From assembly GCA_021844425.1 (NCBI GenBank), contig JAKBTL010000042.1, forward strand, positions 2,133 to 66,132: 64,000 bases of DNA, given 5' to 3'. Both the position numbers and the translations under genes were made by a program. Below are positions 36,908 through 45,103 of this stretch, piece after piece (the stretch's first letter is position 1; the number at the start of each line of letters is the position of its first letter). The DNA is from Actinomycetes bacterium. GTDB taxonomy: Bacteria > Actinomycetota > Acidimicrobiia > Acidimicrobiales > RAAP-2. The notes beneath the pieces were generated by a model. That model made no database searches and had not been told where the DNA came from. It saw nothing but the letters and a program-made list of their open reading frames with translations.

Positions 36908-38815
36908 TCAGCTGCGGGGACCCCGGCCCTGGGGTGCGCCCAGCTCGGTGCTCGAGAGCTGCTCGGCCTGGCGTGCGAGGCACATGGTTCGGGCGCGCTC
37001 GGCTTCTCTCGCCGCCTGCTCGGACTCGGTCGACTCGAGTGCGTGCTGCGCACTCGACGCCGCCGCGATGATGGAGGCCTCGGTCTCCTCGAGCTCTGCG
37101 GTCATCGCGGCGACGAACCGCCGTGACACCGTGTCGAGACGCTGCACGACGTCGAATCGGGCGCGTCCCGCGTGCTTGTCGAGCTCCGAGACGAGCCGTC
37201 GGTGCGCCCGGTCGAGCATCGCACGGCGGGACCGCTCCGTCGGAAGGACCGTCCGAACGGCGCGTGCGAGCGAGGAGCCGGGGCTCTCCACCTGCAAGAA
37301 CAGGTACGAGAAGCGCTCGCGTTGCTCGGCGACCGTCGGGAGGACCGCTTCGGGGAGGTGCACTTCGAAGAGGGCGCTCGCCGCCGTGCGCAGCGACTGG
37401 ACCTGCTGGCGCAGCTTGCCCGCGAACGCTTCCGCGGACCGCGCCCAGCCCTCGTCCGCCGTCTCCTCGACCGCATGGCGCAACGGGTCGAAGGCGTCGG
37501 TGACCGCGCGGTCCACAGCGTCGTCGAGCGCGCGGTCGAGGGCGCGGCCGCGAAGACCTGCCACGGACTCCTCGACGCTGGGCCAGGCACGTCGAGCCAC
37601 CTCGGCCGCGCCTGCGGCGAGCGCGGCGCCCACCGCCTCTGCGATCTGTGCGACGTCGTGGTCGAGCACGAGCCGGCTGGCTGCGAGCTCGCGCCGCACG
37701 TCGTCCGCAGCCGCGCGGAACCGCTCGAGCCGCTCTTTCAGCGCGGCGAGGTCGAAGGTGGCTGCCGCCCGCTCGATGGCGACGGTCTCCGAGAGGGCCG
37801 CGGCCAGCCGGCCGAGCTCCGCGGCGCCTGCCCGCTCTCGCTCGGCGGCGAGGTCGTCGCGCAGGAACGCCTCCAGGTCGCCCCTGAACGCGTCGAAGCC
37901 CGGGTCGCCTGGCGCGCCCGTCCCGCCCGCCTCGCCTGGCGCGCCCGTCCCGCCCGCCTCGCCTGGCGCGCCCGTCCCGCCCGCCTCGCCTGGCGCGCCC
38001 GTCCCGCCCGCCTCGCCTGGCGCGCCCGGAGCGTCGGTCCCGCCCGCCGGGAACAGCGCGTCGAGGGCTCGGCGCGCCGAGAGGAAGTAGACCTCAGCGT
38101 GCTCGCCGAGCAGCCGTGCGAGGTGGCCGCTCAAGTAGCTGCGAACCTCTGCGAGCTCGTGCGCGACGAGGTGGTCGCACTTGTTGACCGCGACGAACAC
38201 CCGTCCGCCGCGGTCGGCGAGATCGGCGAGAAGGCTCTCTTCCTGCTCGGAGAGTGGGGCGTCGACGGACAGGACCACGACCGCTCCGTCGCTGTCGGAG
38301 AGCGCCTCTTTAGCTGCAAGGGTGTGCTGCTCGCTCACCGACGCGACGCCGGGGGTGTCGACGAGCACCACGCCCTGGGCCCCGAGGGGCGTGTCGACGT
38401 GCACCTCGACGCGCCTGACGCCCAGCCGGTTGGCGGGGTTGTCCCGCTCGCTCACGTAGCGCGCGAGCTCGCTCAGAGGAAGCTCGCGGCTCGTGGCGTC
38501 GTCGAAGACCACGCGCAGTCCCGGGTGCGGGTGCGCGAAGTGGACCTCGGTTGCGACGGAGGTGACGGGGACGACGCCCGTGGGGAGGACCGGCGCGCCG
38601 ATCAGGGCGTTCACGAGCGTGGACTTGCCGCGTTTGAACTCGCCGAGCACCGCGATGTGGTAGCGCTGGGCCTCGGAGCGCTCCGCGAGCCGCAGTGCTC
38701 GCTCGGCGAACGCGGCTGGCTGGTCCCCGAGCGCAGCCATCTCACGGGCGAGCGACGCGACCGTCGTGCTCGGTCGTGGGCTGGCTGGCATAGGTTCCTC
38801 CCGCCGGTGCTGCAC
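36908..38815 (-). CDS. Bacterial dynamin-like GTPase
   Basis: G1 GEFKRGKST, G3 LVDTPG, G4 NKCD. Long alpha-helical Ala/Arg/Glu-rich stalk. ATG 38791 is an alternative start. Confidence 0.8.
   Translation of the reverse strand: MQHRREEPMPASPRPSTTVASLAREMAALGDQPAAFAERALRLAERSEAQRYHIAVLGEFKRGKSTLVNALIGAPVLPTGVVPVTSVATEVHFAHPHPGLRVVFDDATSRELPLSELARYVSERDNPANRLGVRRVEVHVDTPLGAQGVVLVDTPGVASVSEQHTLAAKEALSDSDGAVVVLSVDAPLSEQEESLLADLADRGGRVFVAVNKCDHLVAHELAEVRSYLSGHLARLLGEHAEVYFLSARRALDALFPAGGTDAPGAPGEAGGTGAPGEAGGTGAPGEAGGTGAPGEAGGTGAPGDPGFDAFRGDLEAFLRDDLAAERERAGAAELGRLAAALSETVAIERAAATFDLAALKERLERFRAAADDVRRELAASRLVLDHDVAQIAEAVGAALAAGAAEVARRAWPSVEESVAGLRGRALDRALDDAVDRAVTDAFDPLRHAVEETADEGWARSAEAFAGKLRQQVQSLRTAASALFEVHLPEAVLPTVAEQRERFSYLFLQVESPGSSLARAVRTVLPTERSRRAMLDRAHRRLVSELDKHAGRARFDVVQRLDTVSRRFVAAMTAELEETEASIIAAASSAQHALESTESEQAAREAERARTMCLARQAEQLSSTELGAPQGRGPRS
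37905..38027. repeat. 27-bp perfect tandem repeat, about 4.6 copies (GAPGEAGGT units) inside the dynamin-like gene
   Basis: tcgcctggcgcgcccgtcccgcccgcc repeated from 37905. In-frame. Confidence 0.95.
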
Positions 38816-38851
38816 CTCGACAGGAGCTATCAGCCGTGATGGCGGTCGGTG

Positions 38852-38982
38852 GCGAGCTCCATCGCCGACGTCAGTCTACGTCTTCGGCACCGCGCACCGG
38901 CGATGCAGGCAGGCTCCACAGGCCCGGCCCCGTGCGACGCGCGACTCGGTAGGATCATGCAAGGAACGGCGATGGAGCTCGC
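38852..38982. promoter_or_regulatory. Perfect 15-bp inverted repeat pair (gcgagctccatcgcc / ggcgatggagctcgc) in the divergent promoter region
   Basis: Arms at 38852-38866 and 38968-38982, 101 nt apart, between the dynamin-like and MutS-like genes. Confidence 0.5.
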
Positions 38983-39077
38983 TGCACCGCCCTCGGGCCG
39001 CACCGGCCTCGGGCTGATGGCTCCTACTGACCGCTGGCGGCCTTCGGCCGCGATGCCGGCGAGAAGGGGAGTGGTGC

Positions 39078-40664
39078 ATGGGACCAGAGCGTGGGGAGAG
39101 CTTGGCAGCGTTCGACCTTCTCGCCCCGGCGCCCGTCCAGCACGGCGATGCCCAGCACGGCGATGCCCAGCACGGCGATGCCCAGCACGGCGACGTCGAC
39201 CGGCGTGATCACGCGCGCGATCTCCACCTCGACCAGATCGTCTCGGCCATCACGCGCGACGACGACACGCTCGAGACGTGGTACTTCACGCGTACGCGTG
39301 ACGTCGCGACGGTGCAGCACCGCCACGAGGTGTTCGGGGACCTCGAGGACTCCGGCGTGTGGGCTGCGGTCGGGGAGCTCTGCGCGTCGCTGCGGGAGGT
39401 CGTCTCCCATCTTGCCCAGGCGCGCGCCATGCGAGTGGCGCAGCAGCGCCAGGCCTGGACGCTCGACGCCGCGGCGATCTACTGCGCCGCCGTCCGGAAG
39501 CTGACAAAGGAGCTCGGCGGGGCGCCGCTCGCCTCGCGAGGGCTGCAGGACTTCCGACGGTACCTCGAGGCCTACGCGGGCTCCGAGGCATTCGAGCGGC
39601 TCGAGGCCGAGACCACCGAGTGCAAGGACGCGCTGGCTGGGGTCTCGTACTGCGTGCAGATCGACGGCGGGCGGGTGACCGTCCGGCGAACTGCCGGAGA
39701 GGCGGACTACAGCGAGGAGATCCAGTCGGTGTTCGAGCGGTTCCGCCAAGGTGCCGTGCGCAGGTACCTCATCGACTACAGGATGTGGCCCGGCATGACG
39801 AGGGTGGGCGAGCAGATCCTGGCGCTCGTGGTGAGGCTGTTCCCCGACGAGTTCTCGCTCCTCGCGGTGCACTTCGAGCGGCACGGAGGCTTCCTCGACC
39901 CCGGCGTCCATCGCTTCTACCGCGAGCTGCAGTTCTACGTGTCCTACCGCGAGCACATCGACCCGATGCGAGCGGCGGGGCTCACCTTCTGCTACCCCGA
40001 GGTGGACGCGCAGTCCAAGGAGGAGCTCGCAGAGGACACCTTCGACCTCTCGCTCGCCTCGATGCTCCTCGCCGAGGGGGGAACGGTCGTCACGAACGAC
40101 CTCCGGCTCGATCCGGGCGAGCGGATCTTCGTCGTCTCCGGGCCGAACCAGGGTGGCAAGACCACCTTCGCCCGGACCTTCGGGCAGCTCCACCATCTCG
40201 CTGCCATCGGGGTGCCGGTGCCCGGTCGGCGTGCGAGGCTCTACCTGTGCGACCGGATCTTCACCCACTTCGAGCGTGAGGAGGAGCTCTCCACCCTGAC
40301 GGGGAAGCTCGAGACGGACCTGGTCGAGATGCAGCGGACCCTGCGCAGCGCGACCCCCAGAAGCGTCGTGATCATGAACGAGGTGTTCTCCTCCACGTCG
40401 CTCGAAGACGCCCGGTTCCTCGGCACCGAGGCCATGCGGTGCCTCGTCGACCTCGACTGTCTCGCCGTCTACGTGACCTTCATCGACGAGCTGGCGTCGT
40501 TCGCTCCCTCGGTGGTGTCCATGATCTCGACGATCGTGCCCGAGGACCCGGCGACCCGCACCTTCAAGGTGGTGCGCGCACCGGCGAACGGGCTCGCCTA
40601 CGCGCTCTCGCTCGCGCAGAAGCACCGGCTCACCTACCCCCAGCTCCTCGAGCGCATCTCGTGA
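39078..40664 (+). CDS. MutS-family ATPase (domain V only, no mismatch-binding domain), paralogue 1
   Basis: Walker A GPNQGGKTTF. Walker-B-equivalent VVIMNEVFSSTS. The MutS TH motif position reads TF. C-terminal GLAYALSLAQKHRL resembles MutS SYGIxVAxLAG. Confidence 0.8.
   Translation: MGPERGESLAAFDLLAPAPVQHGDAQHGDAQHGDAQHGDVDRRDHARDLHLDQIVSAITRDDDTLETWYFTRTRDVATVQHRHEVFGDLEDSGVWAAVGELCASLREVVSHLAQARAMRVAQQRQAWTLDAAAIYCAAVRKLTKELGGAPLASRGLQDFRRYLEAYAGSEAFERLEAETTECKDALAGVSYCVQIDGGRVTVRRTAGEADYSEEIQSVFERFRQGAVRRYLIDYRMWPGMTRVGEQILALVVRLFPDEFSLLAVHFERHGGFLDPGVHRFYRELQFYVSYREHIDPMRAAGLTFCYPEVDAQSKEELAEDTFDLSLASMLLAEGGTVVTNDLRLDPGERIFVVSGPNQGGKTTFARTFGQLHHLAAIGVPVPGRRARLYLCDRIFTHFEREEELSTLTGKLETDLVEMQRTLRSATPRSVVIMNEVFSSTSLEDARFLGTEAMRCLVDLDCLAVYVTFIDELASFAPSVVSMISTIVPEDPATRTFKVVRAPANGLAYALSLAQKHRLTYPQLLERIS
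39137..39194. repeat. 15-bp tandem repeat, about 3.9 copies (QHGDA units) at the N-terminus of MutS-like 1
   Basis: ccagcacggcgatgc repeated. In-frame. Confidence 0.9.
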
Positions 40665-42235
40665 AGGCGCACCTCCTTTACCCGGATCGGGACTTCGACG
40701 TCGCGGCCGAGCCGGTCTCCCAGCACGACGATCTCGAGCGCGATCTCGAGCTCGGCGTCGTCCTTCGGGCGATGGCCGGAGGCGACCGGTACCTCTTCGA
40801 CGTGTCGAGGAAGGTGATCCTCGAGGGCCTCGACGACGCTGCGGTGGTGCGCTATCGCCAGGCCGTGTTAGCAGACTGCATCGCCAATGAAGAGACGGTT
40901 CGCGAGCTCTACGCGCTCGTGATCGCGGCGCTCGAGGACAAGCGCGGCATCTGGGGCATTCGCTCGACCACCTCGACGTCGGTCCTCCTGCACGGCGCGG
41001 TCGCGCAGCTCGAAGCGTTCGCCGCTCGGCTGGCGCAGCTGCGAGCGCTCGCCGACGCGCACGCAGAAGATGTTCGCTCCGAAGGGTTCAAGAGCCTCTT
41101 CGACTCGGTGCGCCGTGACCTCGACGACGAGTACCTCGACGTCCTGCGCACGCACCTGCGCCAGCTCCAGTTCCGAGGCGGGGTGCTCCTCAGCGCACGT
41201 CTCGGCCGCGACGCGACGGGCGTCGACTACGTCTTGCGTTCCCCTTCGACCACGCGGACGCGCTGGCGCGAACGCGTGGGCCTCGCGCCGCGGACCTCCT
41301 ACTCGTTCACTATCCCGCCGCGCGACGAGGCGGCGGGCAACGAGCTGGCCGACCTCACGAACCGGGGGCTGAACCACGTGGCGAACGCGGCGGCCCAGTC
41401 GGCGGACCACGTGGAGAGCTACTTCACGATGCTCCGCCTGGAGCTCGCGTTCTACGTGTCGTGCCTGAACCTCCGGGCCGCGCTCGTAGAGCGGGGAGCG
41501 CCGTTGACCTTCCCCGAGCTCCGGGAGCGCGCGCCGGCGCACGACCCGACGCGCGAACCGACGCGCGAACCGGCACACGAGCCGGCGCGCGAGCCAGTGC
41601 ACTTCTCGTGCTCGGACCTGCGCGACGTGTCGCTCAGCCTCCAGACCTCCGAGCCGGTGGTGGGCAACGACGTCGAGGCGGACGGGCGGCCGCTGGTCGT
41701 CGTCACCGGGGCGAACTCGGGAGGCAAGACCACCTTCCTGCGCAGTGTGGGGCTCGCGCAGCTGATGGCGCAGTGCGGCATGTTCGTGACCGCCTCCTCG
41801 TTTCGGTCGAGCCTTCGAAGCGGCGTCTTCACCCACTTCGGCAGGGAGGAGGACGCCTCGATGCGCAGCGGGCGCCTGGACGACGAACTTCGCCGGATGG
41901 ACGCCATCGTGGACGCCGCGCGCCGCGGTGCCCTCGTCCTCTTCAACGAGTCGTTCTCGGGGACCAACGAGCGGGAGGGCTCGGAGATCGGCCGCCAGGT
42001 GGTCCAGGCCCTCTTGGAGCGTGACATGACCGTGTTCTTCGTGACGCACCTCTTCGATCTCGCAGACGGGTTCCGCAGGTCGAGGCCGGAGACCACCCGG
42101 TTCTTGCGCGCCGAGCGGGCCGCCGACGGCGCTCCGACCTACGCGCTGGTGCCTGCAGACCCCCTGCCGACCAGCTTCGCGGTCGATGTCTACCGCAGGA
42201 TCGGGAGCTTCGACTCCGCGGCTGCCCGACCCTGA
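40661..42235 (+). CDS. MutS-family ATPase (domain V only), paralogue 2
   Basis: GTG 40661 overlaps the upstream stop (GTGA). Walker A GANSGGKTTF. LVLFNESFSGTN. VTHLFDL retains the TH motif. Confidence 0.8.
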   Translation: MKAHLLYPDRDFDVAAEPVSQHDDLERDLELGVVLRAMAGGDRYLFDVSRKVILEGLDDAAVVRYRQAVLADCIANEETVRELYALVIAALEDKRGIWGIRSTTSTSVLLHGAVAQLEAFAARLAQLRALADAHAEDVRSEGFKSLFDSVRRDLDDEYLDVLRTHLRQLQFRGGVLLSARLGRDATGVDYVLRSPSTTRTRWRERVGLAPRTSYSFTIPPRDEAAGNELADLTNRGLNHVANAAAQSADHVESYFTMLRLELAFYVSCLNLRAALVERGAPLTFPELRERAPAHDPTREPTREPAHEPAREPVHFSCSDLRDVSLSLQTSEPVVGNDVEADGRPLVVVTGANSGGKTTFLRSVGLAQLMAQCGMFVTASSFRSSLRSGVFTHFGREEDASMRSGRLDDELRRMDAIVDAARRGALVLFNESFSGTNEREGSEIGRQVVQALLERDMTVFFVTHLFDLADGFRRSRPETTRFLRAERAADGAPTYALVPADPLPTSFAVDVYRRIGSFDSAAARP

Positions 42236-42298
42236 CCGCGGCTTGCCCGACCCTGACCGCGGCTTGCCCCACCCTGACCGCGGCTTGCCTGCGTCTGA
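42216..42298. repeat. 20/21-bp tandem repeat x4, each unit ending in TGA; the first unit contains the real stop of MutS-like 2
   Basis: ccgcggct(t)gcccgaccctga repeated. Units 2-4 are 21 nt, so the TGAs stay in the gene frame. Confidence 0.9.
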
Positions 42299-42334
42299 CC
42301 GCCGCGAGCCCGGAGCCGCCCGTACACTTCAGGC

Positions 42335-43147
42335 GTGAGCGACGACACCGCCGCCGGGGGCGCGCGCGCGTCGGGGATGGGCTCGCCAGCCGCGGGCGCG
42401 TCGGGGATGGGCGCGTCGGGGACGGGCCCGGTGCCCGCACACGTCGCGGTGATCATGGACGGCAACGGGCGGTGGGCGGAGTCGAAGGGCCTCCCGCGCA
42501 CCGAGGGCCACCGGCAGGGCGAGGTGACCCTCGCCGAGGTGGTGCGAGCGGCCGACGACCTCGGCATCCGGTGGTTCACCGCGTACGGCTTCTCCACTGA
42601 GAACTGGTCGCGCCCGAAGCTGGAGGTGGACTTCATCTTGAGCCTCCACAAGAACATCTTCGACAGGCGCCTCGAGATGCATCGCAACAACGTGCGCATC
42701 CGGTGCATCGGCCGTCCGGTCGCCGGCACGTCGAGGCTGCCCCGTCAGATCCTGAGAGAGATGGAGGAGTCGGTCGAGCTGACCAAGGCGAACACCGGGC
42801 TGAACTTCACCCTCGCCTTCGACTACGGCTCGCGTGAGGAGCTCGTCTACGCGGCCCGCAACCTCCTCGAGGCGCACCTGCGCGAAGGGACCGTGATCGA
42901 CGAGCGCTCCGTCGCGCAGTTCCTCTACGAGCCGGCGATGCCGCCGGTGGACCTCCTCGTGCGCACGTCGGGTGAGCAGCGCCTGTCGAACTTCCTCCTG
43001 TGGCAGTCGGTCGGCGCACCGTTCTACGTGACGTCGACCTACTGGCCCGATTTCGGTCGCGCCGAGCTCGAGGCGGCGGTGGACTGGTGGCGCGCCGTGC
43101 CGCAGGGTGATGGTGCACGCGGCCCAGCCTCGAGCGCGATTGCGTGA
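42335..43147 (+). CDS. uppS: Isoprenyl (undecaprenyl/decaprenyl) diphosphate synthase, cis-prenyltransferase
   Basis: HVAVIMDGNGRWA, FSTENW.RP, RTSGEQRLSNFLLWQ. The start is uncertain (GTG 42335, or ATG 42377 / 42407) because the N-terminus is repeat-derived (ASGMG). Confidence 0.88.
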   Translation: MSDDTAAGGARASGMGSPAAGASGMGASGTGPVPAHVAVIMDGNGRWAESKGLPRTEGHRQGEVTLAEVVRAADDLGIRWFTAYGFSTENWSRPKLEVDFILSLHKNIFDRRLEMHRNNVRIRCIGRPVAGTSRLPRQILREMEESVELTKANTGLNFTLAFDYGSREELVYAARNLLEAHLREGTVIDERSVAQFLYEPAMPPVDLLVRTSGEQRLSNFLLWQSVGAPFYVTSTYWPDFGRAELEAAVDWWRAVPQGDGARGPASSAIA

Positions 43148-43183
43148 AGGACGAAGGGTGCGTAACCTCGCGTTTCACCGCAG

Positions 43184-45028
43184 GTGCGATGCTGGGGGAG
43201 CGTCGGCGCAGGTGGGCGCCTGCACGTGGGTAGTCGGCAAGAGGGTGGTCCGACATTGGGGACGAGCGGAGGGTTGACAGGATGTGGCGGTCCTGCGCCC
43301 GAGATCGGTGTCGCGCTGCGGGACCGGGCAGAGGAGATCTGCGACCGCCTCGTGTCGTGGTGGCGCCGGCAGAGCGAGTCGACCGGCCAGCAGCGGACAC
43401 TGACACTGGAGACCGACATCCGCCATGCGAGCCGGGCAGGGATCTTCGCAGTGGCGGACTACCTCGTCACCGGCCAGGAGATCCCGAGGGACCGGTCCGA
43501 GGCGTGGGTGTGGGTGGGCGAGGCGCCGCTTGCCGGGCGTACCACGCTGTCGGGGCTCACGAAGCTCTACACCCACTGGCGCGCCGCGTGCGAGGACGTG
43601 CTGCGCGAGGAGGTACGGCGGCGCGGGGCCGGCGAGGATGCGCTCGAGCAGTGCCTGCGGGTCCTCCAGGTCGGCTTCGACGTGAGCCTCGTGCAGATGA
43701 CCCAGCGCTTCGAGAGGACCCGCAGCGGCCTCGAGGAGGAGGTGGCCGAGCAGCGCGCCAGGCTCGAGCACCAGGCGCTCCACGACCCGCTGACCGGTCT
43801 CGCCAACCGGGTCCTGCTGTTCGACCGCATCCAGCATGCAGCAGAGAGCGCCGCGCGGCGGCGCACGGGTGCCGTGGTGCTCTTCATGGACCTCGACTTC
43901 TTCAAGGCGGTCAACGACGCCTCAGGGCATTCGGCGGGCGACCGGCTGCTGCTCGACGTCGGCCGGCGGCTCCAGAGCGCGGTCCGGCCCGAGGACACGA
44001 TCGCCCGGCTGGGGGGCGACGAGTTCGTCGTCCTGTGCGAGGACGTTTCCGACCCGACGGCAGAGGGGCTCATGGTCGCCCGGCGCATCATCGAGCTGTT
44101 CGAAGAGCCGTTCACAGTCTCGGGTCACCCGGTCGTCGTCAGGGCCAGCATCGGCGTCGCGCCTGCCGGGGTACGTGACAGCGCCGATGCGCTCCTCGCG
44201 CGTGCGGACCACGCGATGTACCGCGCGAAGCAGCTCGGGCGCGGCCGCGTCGAGCTCTACGACCCCGCGATCGACGACCTCGAGACTCGGCATGGGAAGG
44301 TGGCGGCAGCGCTCAGTCGTGCCCTGGAAGACCAGCTCCTGCGGCTCGTCTACCAGCCGCTGTGCGACGTGGTCACCCGCCGGCTGCTCGCCCGAGAGGC
44401 GCTGGTGCGCTGGCACGACCCCGTGCTCGGGGACGTCGCGCCCTCCGAGATGATCCCCCTCGCCGAGTCGACGCGGCTCATCACAGGCATCGGGCGGTGG
44501 GTGCTGTCCGCCGCGTGCAGGGACTGCGCGGCCTGGCGCAGGGGCGGCGAGCCAGATGTGGGCGTCACGGTGAACGTCTCAGGGCTCCAGCTGGCGAGCG
44601 CGGCGTTCCCAGGGGAGGTCGAGGCGGCGCTCGGGGAGAACGGCCTGCCGCCGGACGCGCTCACCGTCGAGCTCACCGAGGCGCTGCTCGTGACAGATCG
44701 TGCCGACGCGCTGGAGCGCCTCCGGGCGCTCGGGGTGCGCATCGCCGTCGACGACTTCGGCACCGGGTACTCGTCGCTCTCCTGGCTTGCCAGGCTGCCC
44801 GTGGACGTGGTGAAGGTGGACCGCAGCTTCGTCGCTCAGCTCGGCACCGCCGACCGCTACGCGGCGATCGTCGACGCCATGATCCACCTCGCGCACGCGC
44901 TCGGCCTCGACGTCGTCGCAGAGGGAGTGGAGACGGACGCGCAGCTGGAGCATCTCGCCCGGCTCGGCTGCGACGCGGCGCAGGGGTTCTTGCTGGGCCA
45001 CGCGGCGCCGGTGGTGGGCGCGACGTAG
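43184..45028 (+). CDS. GGDEF-EAL dual-domain c-di-GMP turnover protein with a helical N-terminal domain
   Basis: LGGDEFVVL (GGDEF), EALVRW (EAL), DDFGTGYSSL, EGVETDAQ. The start is uncertain. Confidence 0.85.
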   Translation: MRCWGSVGAGGRLHVGSRQEGGPTLGTSGGLTGCGGPAPEIGVALRDRAEEICDRLVSWWRRQSESTGQQRTLTLETDIRHASRAGIFAVADYLVTGQEIPRDRSEAWVWVGEAPLAGRTTLSGLTKLYTHWRAACEDVLREEVRRRGAGEDALEQCLRVLQVGFDVSLVQMTQRFERTRSGLEEEVAEQRARLEHQALHDPLTGLANRVLLFDRIQHAAESAARRRTGAVVLFMDLDFFKAVNDASGHSAGDRLLLDVGRRLQSAVRPEDTIARLGGDEFVVLCEDVSDPTAEGLMVARRIIELFEEPFTVSGHPVVVRASIGVAPAGVRDSADALLARADHAMYRAKQLGRGRVELYDPAIDDLETRHGKVAAALSRALEDQLLRLVYQPLCDVVTRRLLAREALVRWHDPVLGDVAPSEMIPLAESTRLITGIGRWVLSAACRDCAAWRRGGEPDVGVTVNVSGLQLASAAFPGEVEAALGENGLPPDALTVELTEALLVTDRADALERLRALGVRIAVDDFGTGYSSLSWLARLPVDVVKVDRSFVAQLGTADRYAAIVDAMIHLAHALGLDVVAEGVETDAQLEHLARLGCDAAQGFLLGHAAPVVGAT

Positions 45029-45043
45029 GGCGCGGCCCGCGCC
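45029..45043. terminator. GC hairpin ggcgcg-gcc-cgcgcc between convergent genes
   Basis: 6-bp stem immediately after the stop at 45028. No U-tract. Confidence 0.2.
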
Positions 45044-45103
45044 AGGACGAAGGTCACCTGGGCGCCAGGACCGGCGCGCACCGCGACGATGGGCGCCTCG
45101 AGG

